Source of the DNA: a virus
Taxonomy: Duplodnaviria; Caudoviricetes
Reading direction: 5' to 3' (one strand)
DNA: 64,000 nucleotides
IMG/VR virus record: IMGVR_UViG_3300046103_002699
Location: 3,807-67,806 of that record
Positions 18,901 to 27,231 of this stretch are shown here, piece by piece. The notes beneath the pieces are model-generated. The model was not told where the DNA came from. It made no database searches and was given only the letters and a program-made list of their open reading frames with translations. Positions within the stretch are counted from its first letter, which is position 1. Each line of letters opens with the position of its first letter. The position numbers and the translations under genes were made by a program.

Positions 18901-21900
18901 TACTTTATTTTCGGCTATGCTCTGCGCTATAGGGCGTTCGTGGTCTTCGCTCTGATTCGTAAGCTCTGCTCCTGTTTTGCCGTGGTAATTTTCATGCTGA
19001 ACATATGTTTGCAATTTATCATCAAAAGTACTCCCCGTGGCTTCTTCCAAAACTTCTATTAAACGGCGGACGGGTAGCATTTTATCTTGCAACTTCAATC
19101 TAATTGGATCGGTTGCAATCTCAGCGACTTGCTTTAAACGCTCTACGAAGGAAAGACTTTGATTTAAAAAAGCTTTCTGTGAAGCAGACGCAACTTGTTG
19201 TGCGTTAGCTTTAGCGTTTGCTATTACAGGAGTTTGCCCTTGGCGAGCCCCTAATTCGTCTCCGAATATTCTATTATTAAAACCCGTCGGGTCGAGGCTT
19301 GGGTCTAACTCTATTCCGTTGACGGGGGCTCGTGAGTCATTGCCGCCAAACGTTGCACTTCTTCGTCCTCCTCGTCGAGGTTTAATTCCACTGCCACTCT
19401 CGAAATTTCCGCTTGCCACTCCTCTTTGAGCTTTGAAGAGCTCGTTTGCGGAGCTTGCGTAGTCGGGGTTTGCGTCTTTTTGTCTGCTTCCATATCCTTC
19501 ATGTACTAATTTTTCGTAATACCATAATAGCGCTTGAGCTTCCGCAGGCACAAGTTTTTTATTACGTCCTTCGTTAAATTTTTCGAGCGCGTCAGCCATG
19601 ACTTTTCGTGTCCAAGATCGGTGCGCACCGCCTTCGGGGGCTTCTATTAATGTGTAGCCATCTGCAATCTTGTGGAAAGCGTTAGCGGTCTTTCTAAGAT
19701 TGTTCCCGACTTCAGAAAGATTCTTTCTGTTGTCCGCATCTATGAAATGCTTCGCTATTAGGGCTGAGAGTTTAGCGGGGTCTTTGAGGTTCTGCCGCAC
19801 GCCCGCTGTTTCTAAAATTTTAATAGCAGTTGGGTCTTCTCTAGCCTTTTGAACTATGTCGAGAAGAGCTTGTCTCTTTCCTTTAGGGTACTTTTTTGTC
19901 TTAGCATCTCGGTCAGCTTTCTTAACTTGCTGACCCATTGCCCTGCCCAGCGTTCTCATAAACCACCGATCCATTGTCGTGGTGTCAAAGTCCCCGTTTA
20001 GGTTGTTAAAAAATGAGCCAAGTTTTGGCCCGAATACGAGAGAAAATGGTATCACTTCAGAAACGCTCTCACCATTAGTGAGTTTGTCTGCTCGTGTTTT
20101 AGTGTATCCGAGAGCGATCAATTCTTTCACCAACTCACTCTTCTTGTCTTTTCGTGAAAGAAAGACTCCAAGTTTGTCGAATCCTCCTAGTTTTTGTGCT
20201 AACTCGTCCGCGAGTTTTAAAGACTTTACAATCGCCTCGCCTCTTGCGGACTTAGATTTACCGTCGCCGAGTTTCCCGTTTTTCTTAAATCCTTTGTATA
20301 TATCCCAACCGTCAAATGTTTGGCTTTTCACATCCGCCCCGTTACTAGTTATAGCAAGGGTGATCATAAGTGCCGACTTGTTTTCAGGTTTCGTTAAGTC
20401 AGGGTCTAGCTCTGTAAAAATTTTTACAGCCATGTTGATGCGGCTTTGGTACCAAGAAGCAAAATTAGGAAATTCGTATATAGCGCGGTTGAGGACATCT
20501 AGCACTCTGTTACCCGCTTTGGAAATTTGTTTTTTAGTAGCCTTGTCAGAAAAAGGTATCCTTTGAGAGGCACTAAACAATTTGTTCAGCTTAATTGCTA
20601 TTGAACGAACGCGCCCGCCTTCAAAAGGAGATGCTTCGATGGGGGCTGCGGATCGTAAAACATCGTTTTTGTCTTTGACTCCTCTGTCTTGGAGTGCGTC
20701 TAAGGTTTTATCAAGATCGGTGAGGTATGTGGTTTGGTGGAGATTTGTAGGTCGGGCTCCTAGCTCCATTCCAAACTGCCCTTCGTATGTTGGATATAAA
20801 AGAGTAGGGCCAAATGTCGAATTATCCGCGTTTTCCCACCACAAATTATATTCGCCGTCAATTGCTGCGAGCTCGGCGGCTAGTGTGGCTACGTCGTTGG
20901 GTGGGTTTTTCCCGTTTCCTTCTAAAAATATGTTTTTGCCAAAAGAATCTTTTTCGACTCTGACCCGCACCAAGCCCGCTCTGAACCCGTCTTCCATAGA
21001 TAAGTTTCCCTTTAGCTGACGTATCAACTGTTTCATGGGAGGCATCCCATAGTCCATCGCCATAGAGCTTTTCATCTTCCCTTCTATGACTTTTTTGGAT
21101 ACATCGCTGTCGGGGTTCTTTTGGACTATGTCGTTAAGCGCGTGGATGTGGTAGGTGTCGAAAACATTTACAAACGATCCGTCGGGGAAAAACCACCCGT
21201 GTGTTACGTTTTTACCTGTAAATTTAGCTTTTTTATATGAGCCTGAAACTTTGCCTTTTGGGCTTATGATCTCACCTGTGAGTTTTAACTTTGCCCCCTT
21301 GCGAGCTCCAAATTCGTCTGAGAATTTCTTTTTTGGGGACACCATTAACGGAAACGCATGTGCGTCTTCGTAGTCTTTAGTAAAGCTTGGTGCGTTCGCA
21401 TTTAGCTGTTTGAATTTTAAATTCTTTGCGTCGTAGCCTTTGGACTCTAGTAAACTCGTAACTGCGTCTTTGTCCATCTCGGTAGGCTTGCCCTCCCAAA
21501 AATAAACAGCGCCTGAAGATTCTCTATAACGCCACGGGTTTCCTTTGGAGGACATGATTCCCCTTGGGTCGTGATTCATCATGCCCAAATCACCGCTCTT
21601 GTTGTACAGAATCTCTCCGTTTTCAACATTGCCTAAAAGACCGTGTTCGGGTTCTCCTTTGCGGGCTCCTAACTCTAGTGACTGTGCTTGCTGTCCAATC
21701 TCGCCTGCGTAGTCCCACGCCGTGTCTGCTTCCATATACGGGACACTGTCGCGAACTTTTGCAAAACCTTTTGTTTCCATTGCAATTGGGGCAAAAGAAG
21801 CTTCGGGGTCTTTGACCATAAGCACGATGTCGGGTTCGCCCAATAGGTCGTAAGGCCATCCGTCGGGTGCGTATTCTTTGTTAAACTTAACGCGCGCTAC

Positions 21901-24900
21901 AGGCTTAAAACCAAACTCAGAATAAAGATTGGGTAAAAATCCTCCAACATCGTAAGCGTCTAAAGTTTTAGCATATTGCGAAGCTTCTGCTAAAATTTCT
22001 TTGGGCTTTGCAGTAGATGTTGGGTGTTTGAACACAGACACTAAATCTGCGTAATCGGTAATAGCGACACCCGCTGAACCGTCGCCGCTCATAAAAATCC
22101 CGTTTTTCGGGTCTTTATAAAAGTCTAGGTCTTTGACTTCGACGGCTTTGCCGACGGGGTGATCTTTGTAGGTGCGGGAGATGCCTGCGTGGAAAGCTTC
22201 TCCTTGGGTTGCAGAGTCAGCGCGGAAAGCATTCCCGCGTACTTCTTGCGCATAAACTCTTCCACTTGCGATTTGTCTTTGAAGCGCTTCATTTGATATA
22301 TAATTTAGTTGGTTATTAGAGCCTTTGCGAGCTCCTAATATGTTAGGGTTCGCGGTGGCAAAATTACCGTCGTTCCGCACATCTTTAAGTTGTTCAGAAT
22401 TAAAAACGGCTATCTCTGCCCCATTAAATACGTCTCCGCTAAAAGTAAAACCGTCGTGTTCGGGTTTTAAATGAGACAAAGCAAAAGCTTTTCGTTCCAT
22501 GTAGCCCTCTACGCCTTTTCTCTTTGCTGCACGCATCAACGGGTCGAGGTTCAGAGGATTTTTTAAGCTGACATAAGCGGGGATCATCCGACCTTTCGGC
22601 AAAAGGCTTGGGTTTTCCCTAGCTTCTTTGTTAGTCAGCCCTTTTTCTTTTCTCAGTCGATCTCTTTTTGCGCGTCCGTAGGTCGAAGCTGTCATAGGAT
22701 CGGGTGACAGGTAAATAGCTTTGCGTCCTGTTTGAGAAGCTTCCATTGCTTGGAACGCTGTAAAAGTGCCAACAGTTCCATGAAAAAACACTTTAGGTTC
22801 TCCGTTTTTACTTACTGCTTTTGACCCTTTAAAATATTTTTTAAAATTAGGAGTTTTTTCTTTTTCTATTTGTCGGTATGCTTCAGAATCGGTGTTCTTA
22901 AAACCCGCTCTCAAGGCGGGGCGGGCTCCTAGCTCTAACTCTGTTTGTCCCGTTGGTTTCGGAGTAGTTGTTACACGTGAATTAAGATTAAAAGTCTCAT
23001 CTACAAAATTATTCGACTCGCCTTTCCACTTTCCCGTGGTGGGGTTTCTTATACCTACAAGAGTTCCTTTTCCATTAACCTTAAAATTCTTGTTATTTTT
23101 TAGCCACGAAACGGCGGGTTTGTTTAAATATTGCTCAGAGTCTTTAAAAGCCTTAGACGCAAACTGCTCTTGCATCTTTAATTTCTCAGGGGAAAGTGGT
23201 TTAGTCTTAATGACAGGCATTTTTTCAATCGCCTTGACTATATTAACCTTCTCTCCTGATTTTTTCTTGCGACCCCTACTGCTTAAAGGTTTTATCCCCG
23301 ACCATTCGGAAGTTTCGGGGTTTTGTATGCCTATAATAGTTCCTTCTTTGTTAACATTAAAATAAGGATTTTTATCTAAGGAATTACCTTTGATGTTTTT
23401 ACCCAAAATCTTTTCGGGGTTTTTGGAAGCTTGTACGGCGTAGTTTTTTTCCGCTGCTGTTTTTGCTTTCTTAGATTCAGATACTTCTTTGCGAACTTTT
23501 TGTTTTTCGAGGCTGTCTAAAATTAGTTTAGCGGATGATTTTGGATTCTTTTTAACGCGGTCTTTAATCTCGTTCAAAGCCGCGTCTTTTTCAGCTTGTG
23601 TGCTGTTCTTGGAACTTATTACTCTTTTTAACGATCCCGCTGTTTTCTTCTTAGCGCGGACAGTAAGTACATCCGAATCCCCGCGAGACGACTTGTCGTC
23701 CGCCGACGGTGTAGATGTGCTAGGTACCGCTGTTGTTTGCGACTCAGGTGTAGCGGCTTTCTGTGTTTTTTTCTTTTTAGAAACTTTAGGTTTAGCAGGC
23801 TTGACTTCAGGTAATGGTAAATCCTGGTCTTTTTCAAAAGCATCGGGTTCTTTAGAAGATGTTTCATTGTCAGTTTCTTCCACAGGTTCCACAACAGGGC
23901 GCGCCATGTCCGCTGAATCGCGCGCTAGTTGCGCTCCGTCGGCGACTTCAGATGTCGGGCTGTTGTTGATAGTAGCGCCGTCTGTTTTTCCTTCAAAGCC
24001 AAACATAGAAGCAATTTCTTTATCTACTTCTGCGTTGCTCAAGTTCTTATCGCCAATCATGTCCTTAAAGGCGGGTCGGAGCTTTTGGTAAAACTTTTTA
24101 ATCATTCCCAAGACACCTTTATCCATGCCTTGTATTTGGTCTCTAGCTACACGAGAATATTGAAACGCCCACCACTCACTTTTGGTTCTGTTGGCAAACC
24201 CGTCATCTGCTTCGTAACGCGCGTAAAACTCATCTCTAGCTTTTTTCCACGCTTCTGTGGATTGCTCGGCTTCGCTTCTAGCGTCAATGTTGTATTCTAA
24301 ATGAGCTAAAAACATTCCCTGTTTTTTGCCCTCTTTGTCTTTTACATTTCCGTCTATGCTTTCAAAAAGTCTTTTGACTTTGCCCTCGCCCGTCATGAAG
24401 CGCTCTGAAAAGTGTCCTACTTCGTGGACTATGTTTGCAACAAGTGAGCGTGTCTCGTTTAATCGTTTGCCCGTAGTTACTGAAGTATTGTTCGTCTCAT
24501 GATTGATTTCGCCGTAATTACTTAACCCCGCGTCTCCGCTAGTGTTAACAGTAAGTACGTTGTTAGACTGATTAAAAGACATAGGTGAGCCTTCAACTCC
24601 TTCCGCCATCTCACTTGCAAAAACGATTTTCATGTCACGCCAATCAGAACCGCCTTCTTGTTCCATAGCCTCAAAGAACTTTCCTAAGAACGTTGTCTGT
24701 TTTTCGTTCATGGCACCTTCGCCGAAACGATCTACAAATAACTGTTGCAGTGACTCGTTGTCTTTAGCTGTGTGGAACTCGTGCTGTTTGCCATTGCCTA
24801 AATCCACAATTCCCGAAGTGCCGTGTTCAGTTTGGGTCTCTTCTCCTATGACTTTAGCGTCTCCTCTGTATGAACTTGCGGTGCCTTTTTCTGCTTCTAG

Positions 24901-27231
24901 CGCCTCGTCGGTTATTGATTCGACTTGTGAGTTGAAATTTTTATCTGCTAAGTCTTTTTTAGTAGCTTCTGACCATTCGTGATGCGCCTTCTGTGTAAAC
25001 TCAACACTAGTGTCCACAGTTTTTTGTAGCGCACTTTGACCCGCATCCATCATAGGGCCTGCAATACCCTCCATGATAATGTCTTCCATGTTTTCTCCTA
25101 CATAGCCACCTACTTCATATTTACCTTCTTTGTTTTTTCCAAAAGTAACAAAAGGGGTACTCATCCCCATTTCGGAGTGCATCATCTTCATGCCTGCGAC
25201 TTCGCCCGCCGCTCCCGTTCCAAAGTCTACTACACCTCTAGCAAGGGCGGGTACAACTACCCCCGTAGCTCCCATGCGTTGCATTGTTTTTGTAGCAAGA
25301 CCGCCCGCAAACATTGTGAAGGCTTCTACTGTCGCTATGGCTGCTGTTCGTTTTAAAGCCGCTCGACGCACCTGTGCTAAAGCTTTTGGGTCGTTTAATA
25401 AACGTATATGTGCTTCTTGGTTCAGTGCGTCAATTCCTTCGGGATCAGCGTCTGTTTTTACGTTCTGAATGGCTTCTAAATAAGAACCGCCGTACTCAAC
25501 TGTTGCCCCCGTTGCAAAGCCGCCCGCTATTGCAGAGCGGCTTTTCCAAGCGCCTCCTAGTACTTTCTTACCCCATTTAGTACTCGCAACTGCGTCTGTT
25601 AAATGTAAAAGACCTCTTAAATACTTAAACCTATTTAAGCCTTTGCTTTTCTTTAGCTTTTCTAGAGTGTTTTCTGCAAAAGAACCTCCCACTTGAGCGG
25701 CTGCGCCCGCCACAATCCCTACGGGTGCTGCTGAACCGTATTGCGCGCCCATAGTTCCAATAAATTCAGAAGCTAAATCGAAAGCGGAGCCCGCGCCGTC
25801 TACATCGTCAAAAGAAAGGGAAGTTGGTCGCATTTTAGATTGTGCGGCAAACTCTGCTTGTTTTTTAATGTGCTCTTCGTCTGACTGCAATCCTACTGCA
25901 TGTTGTATAACATTTAAACTGTTCCATGTGCCCGCTAAACCGCTCTTGATCGAATTGCTCCACCTGTCCTCGCCTGCGTCTCTTTTTTCATCTGCGATCT
26001 CTTTCATGAGACCCATCGACAAGCCCATCTCTTCTTTGCTCTGCATTCTGCCGACTAGGTCTCCCAACATTTCCATGTCGTTGCCTTTGACTAAGGCTTC
26101 ACGCATTACTCTTTTATATAGCGCGAACCCTGCTTCTGCCTCTTCAATTTTCTTCGGGTCTTTAGACGCATTTGCAATCATCAACTGATGTCGTGCAGAT
26201 CGAAAGTCTAACATAGAAGCGTTAAAAACTTCTGAAAAGCGGGCTTTGTCTACCTCACCTTCGCCGAACTTTGCCATCGCTCCCTGCGGGTCGGCTTTGT
26301 GGTTTGCTAAAATCTCAGCTTCTTTCTTACTGACGTTTAAAGGGAACCCCGCAAAGTAACCGTTTTTTGTAAAACGGATGCCTTGTTTTTCTAACAGCCG
26401 CTGTTCGTCGTATTCTCGTTTTAGTTCGGCTTGGTAATTGGATTCTTGGTGTATCGCTTTACGGGCTCTAGCTGTTCTAGCGGCGTGACCCATCATATCG
26501 GTGGCGCCTCCTATTAAATAAGGATCGTACCCCGTTTCGGCTGTCATCCTAGATCGAGCTTTTCCGCGAGTAGTTTCGTCAGCATCCCCGTTTTGAGCTT
26601 CCCATATGTCTTGTAACGCTCTCCGCTGTGGGTCGCCCATTGACAGGTATCGCTTAGTAAATTCGTCTCGGACTGAGTACGCTTCGTTAGCGTATTTTTG
26701 GATTTCGTCTCGGTCAGTAGCGGCTGATCGGTACTTTGCAATTATTCCGTCCCACTTGCCTTTTAGCGGTAAACCGCGTTTAGCTCTTTCTGCGTCGTCA
26801 GACTCTCCGAAACCTAGAAACGCCGCCTCGTCTTTGTTTTCATTGTAAGAGTTAAATTGATTGTCGATCTCATCAATAAACATGTCGGGGTCTTCAATCT
26901 TTTGACCCTCCCAAAACGGCATTCTGCCTTCCATTGGAACATCATTAGACACGTTGTCCAGCTCATCTCGAAACTTAGACATCTCATCCATAAGAGGTGA
27001 CATCTGTTTTTTGTTGGAAGATAACAATTCGTCGGCTTTGCTCGCGCGGTCGCGTGCGTCGTTGTATAAACTCTTAGGTACAAAGCTATCGACGGCAGTT
27101 TCTAGGTCATCTCTGTTGTTAAATACATGTGACAGAGAAGGTGGAACTGCGGGTTTAGTGGGTTGGGCAGCTATAAGAGGTTTTTCTTCCTCTTCGTCGT
27201 CCAACAAATCAATGTTGTTTGTTAAATCCAT
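15940..27231 (-). CDS. 3763-aa polyvalent internal virion (ejection) protein
   Basis: HEVGH zincin-like motif; ART-PolyVal-like module (VFFHGT..IYLSPD..YVSLKNPL..IAVFNSEQLK); GNAT-like module (LDAYD..LPNLYSEFGFKPVAR); HhH-glycosylase-like module (GPKLGSF..TTMDRWFMR..QALLW); LPD38-like C-terminus (FFNAGVQG, KIPTPYG, PTALQP). Confidence 0.8.
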   Translation of the reverse strand: MDLTNNIDLLDDEEEEKPLIAAQPTKPAVPPSLSHVFNNRDDLETAVDSFVPKSLYNDARDRASKADELLSSNKKQMSPLMDEMSKFRDELDNVSNDVPMEGRMPFWEGQKIEDPDMFIDEIDNQFNSYNENKDEAAFLGFGESDDAERAKRGLPLKGKWDGIIAKYRSAATDRDEIQKYANEAYSVRDEFTKRYLSMGDPQRRALQDIWEAQNGDADETTRGKARSRMTAETGYDPYLIGGATDMMGHAARTARARKAIHQESNYQAELKREYDEQRLLEKQGIRFTKNGYFAGFPLNVSKKEAEILANHKADPQGAMAKFGEGEVDKARFSEVFNASMLDFRSARHQLMIANASKDPKKIEEAEAGFALYKRVMREALVKGNDMEMLGDLVGRMQSKEEMGLSMGLMKEIADEKRDAGEDRWSNSIKSGLAGTWNSLNVIQHAVGLQSDEEHIKKQAEFAAQSKMRPTSLSFDDVDGAGSAFDLASEFIGTMGAQYGSAAPVGIVAGAAAQVGGSFAENTLEKLKKSKGLNRFKYLRGLLHLTDAVASTKWGKKVLGGAWKSRSAIAGGFATGATVEYGGSYLEAIQNVKTDADPEGIDALNQEAHIRLLNDPKALAQVRRAALKRTAAIATVEAFTMFAGGLATKTMQRMGATGVVVPALARGVVDFGTGAAGEVAGMKMMHSEMGMSTPFVTFGKNKEGKYEVGGYVGENMEDIIMEGIAGPMMDAGQSALQKTVDTSVEFTQKAHHEWSEATKKDLADKNFNSQVESITDEALEAEKGTASSYRGDAKVIGEETQTEHGTSGIVDLGNGKQHEFHTAKDNESLQQLFVDRFGEGAMNEKQTTFLGKFFEAMEQEGGSDWRDMKIVFASEMAEGVEGSPMSFNQSNNVLTVNTSGDAGLSNYGEINHETNNTSVTTGKRLNETRSLVANIVHEVGHFSERFMTGEGKVKRLFESIDGNVKDKEGKKQGMFLAHLEYNIDARSEAEQSTEAWKKARDEFYARYEADDGFANRTKSEWWAFQYSRVARDQIQGMDKGVLGMIKKFYQKLRPAFKDMIGDKNLSNAEVDKEIASMFGFEGKTDGATINNSPTSEVADGAQLARDSADMARPVVEPVEETDNETSSKEPDAFEKDQDLPLPEVKPAKPKVSKKKKTQKAATPESQTTAVPSTSTPSADDKSSRGDSDVLTVRAKKKTAGSLKRVISSKNSTQAEKDAALNEIKDRVKKNPKSSAKLILDSLEKQKVRKEVSESKKAKTAAEKNYAVQASKNPEKILGKNIKGNSLDKNPYFNVNKEGTIIGIQNPETSEWSGIKPLSSRGRKKKSGEKVNIVKAIEKMPVIKTKPLSPEKLKMQEQFASKAFKDSEQYLNKPAVSWLKNNKNFKVNGKGTLVGIRNPTTGKWKGESNNFVDETFNLNSRVTTTPKPTGQTELELGARPALRAGFKNTDSEAYRQIEKEKTPNFKKYFKGSKAVSKNGEPKVFFHGTVGTFTAFQAMEASQTGRKAIYLSPDPMTASTYGRAKRDRLRKEKGLTNKEARENPSLLPKGRMIPAYVSLKNPLNLDPLMRAAKRKGVEGYMERKAFALSHLKPEHDGFTFSGDVFNGAEIAVFNSEQLKDVRNDGNFATANPNILGARKGSNNQLNYISNEALQRQIASGRVYAQEVRGNAFRADSATQGEAFHAGISRTYKDHPVGKAVEVKDLDFYKDPKNGIFMSGDGSAGVAITDYADLVSVFKHPTSTAKPKEILAEASQYAKTLDAYDVGGFLPNLYSEFGFKPVARVKFNKEYAPDGWPYDLLGEPDIVLMVKDPEASFAPIAMETKGFAKVRDSVPYMEADTAWDYAGEIGQQAQSLELGARKGEPEHGLLGNVENGEILYNKSGDLGMMNHDPRGIMSSKGNPWRYRESSGAVYFWEGKPTEMDKDAVTSLLESKGYDAKNLKFKQLNANAPSFTKDYEDAHAFPLMVSPKKKFSDEFGARKGAKLKLTGEIISPKGKVSGSYKKAKFTGKNVTHGWFFPDGSFVNVFDTYHIHALNDIVQKNPDSDVSKKVIEGKMKSSMAMDYGMPPMKQLIRQLKGNLSMEDGFRAGLVRVRVEKDSFGKNIFLEGNGKNPPNDVATLAAELAAIDGEYNLWWENADNSTFGPTLLYPTYEGQFGMELGARPTNLHQTTYLTDLDKTLDALQDRGVKDKNDVLRSAAPIEASPFEGGRVRSIAIKLNKLFSASQRIPFSDKATKKQISKAGNRVLDVLNRAIYEFPNFASWYQSRINMAVKIFTELDPDLTKPENKSALMITLAITSNGADVKSQTFDGWDIYKGFKKNGKLGDGKSKSARGEAIVKSLKLADELAQKLGGFDKLGVFLSRKDKKSELVKELIALGYTKTRADKLTNGESVSEVIPFSLVFGPKLGSFFNNLNGDFDTTTMDRWFMRTLGRAMGQQVKKADRDAKTKKYPKGKRQALLDIVQKAREDPTAIKILETAGVRQNLKDPAKLSALIAKHFIDADNRKNLSEVGNNLRKTANAFHKIADGYTLIEAPEGGAHRSWTRKVMADALEKFNEGRNKKLVPAEAQALLWYYEKLVHEGYGSRQKDANPDYASSANELFKAQRGVASGNFESGSGIKPRRGGRRSATFGGNDSRAPVNGIELDPSLDPTGFNNRIFGDELGARQGQTPVIANAKANAQQVASASQKAFLNQSLSFVERLKQVAEIATDPIRLKLQDKMLPVRRLIEVLEEATGSTFDDKLQTYVQHENYHGKTGAELTNQSEDHERPIAQSIAENKVDVEVLDDYLHLRHAQERNAVNREQSKVVTVSYRKNGRLVQKQFRSYGAEKKAKDFSTGFKVSWVNTFADGTVETKTKEFQDQSKAEAFAKKKIKRTQKPNWPRQGNIKLKKGRLQGRTISTKSDVEAGSGYSDDASRHALALNERAIYAMHVAGKLTEPQRDRIVRMIKTIKQNPAGVAAYEHTSRLVDKMNRLSLERQYKSGLIGKKDFDRIRKAYKHFIPLRGWEEVSSYYDHSNVDVKTQLNQTVLPISRGMNTLKHKFRSSGGLVKDSMVSNHLAYAFALSRQGIVESQKNEVMRSFFDLVASAHKDPALKGISKNLFSYTKGVMVTTIDKYGKPRKQLDPRWKDDPNIVGMKINGVTVALRLDGDRLDGTSSVARALKNLGAEKSGVLVNTVKVVTRTMAALRTTLSPAFTPVNFVRDWGMGLYSIKGLDSDFKDQVARGEITEQKVEQIKTRALKNMYNPKTLRSAFQGALLQTTGGRGMLVSQGVEKLKGSKFQHSAEVQKWADIFQDFSDNGGRINFFGFDSVQQLAKKFGGSVREFDPNDPQRMKTFLKGAYEFMDKTSGAVENLVRVTAYDAFVKEGISKQKAANLALNLTTNFTRKGEWTTALNGMYLFFNAGVQGSAKVLSTAYKSPKARKFLGGAVLLGFMNSFINRLMSDEDDELEMSAWDRVSPYSKTHNLHFFLPSFGEKHAKIPTPYGINVFTSAGTLLESTIFGNMKLGDAALTWGATALESFSPIGGSSMAAALTPTALQPIMDLSLNQDFKGAPVYKEDKFNNGTPDSALHWSSTTEMSKSIAQGLNRFTGGDLQRSGAIDISPDTIDYMANYIFGGLGSFIGRSGDLASKATQSDEASPTLNDIPILRRFVGDKTVYYDTERFYNLVNHTGVSKERIEHYRKNGTPEEAQAVIQYEAPRMKLNSVYKKTVQKQLATLRRQIEAVENHKILSGQQKVTQIEILKRKRTRLMNKFIKTAERMGIDDY

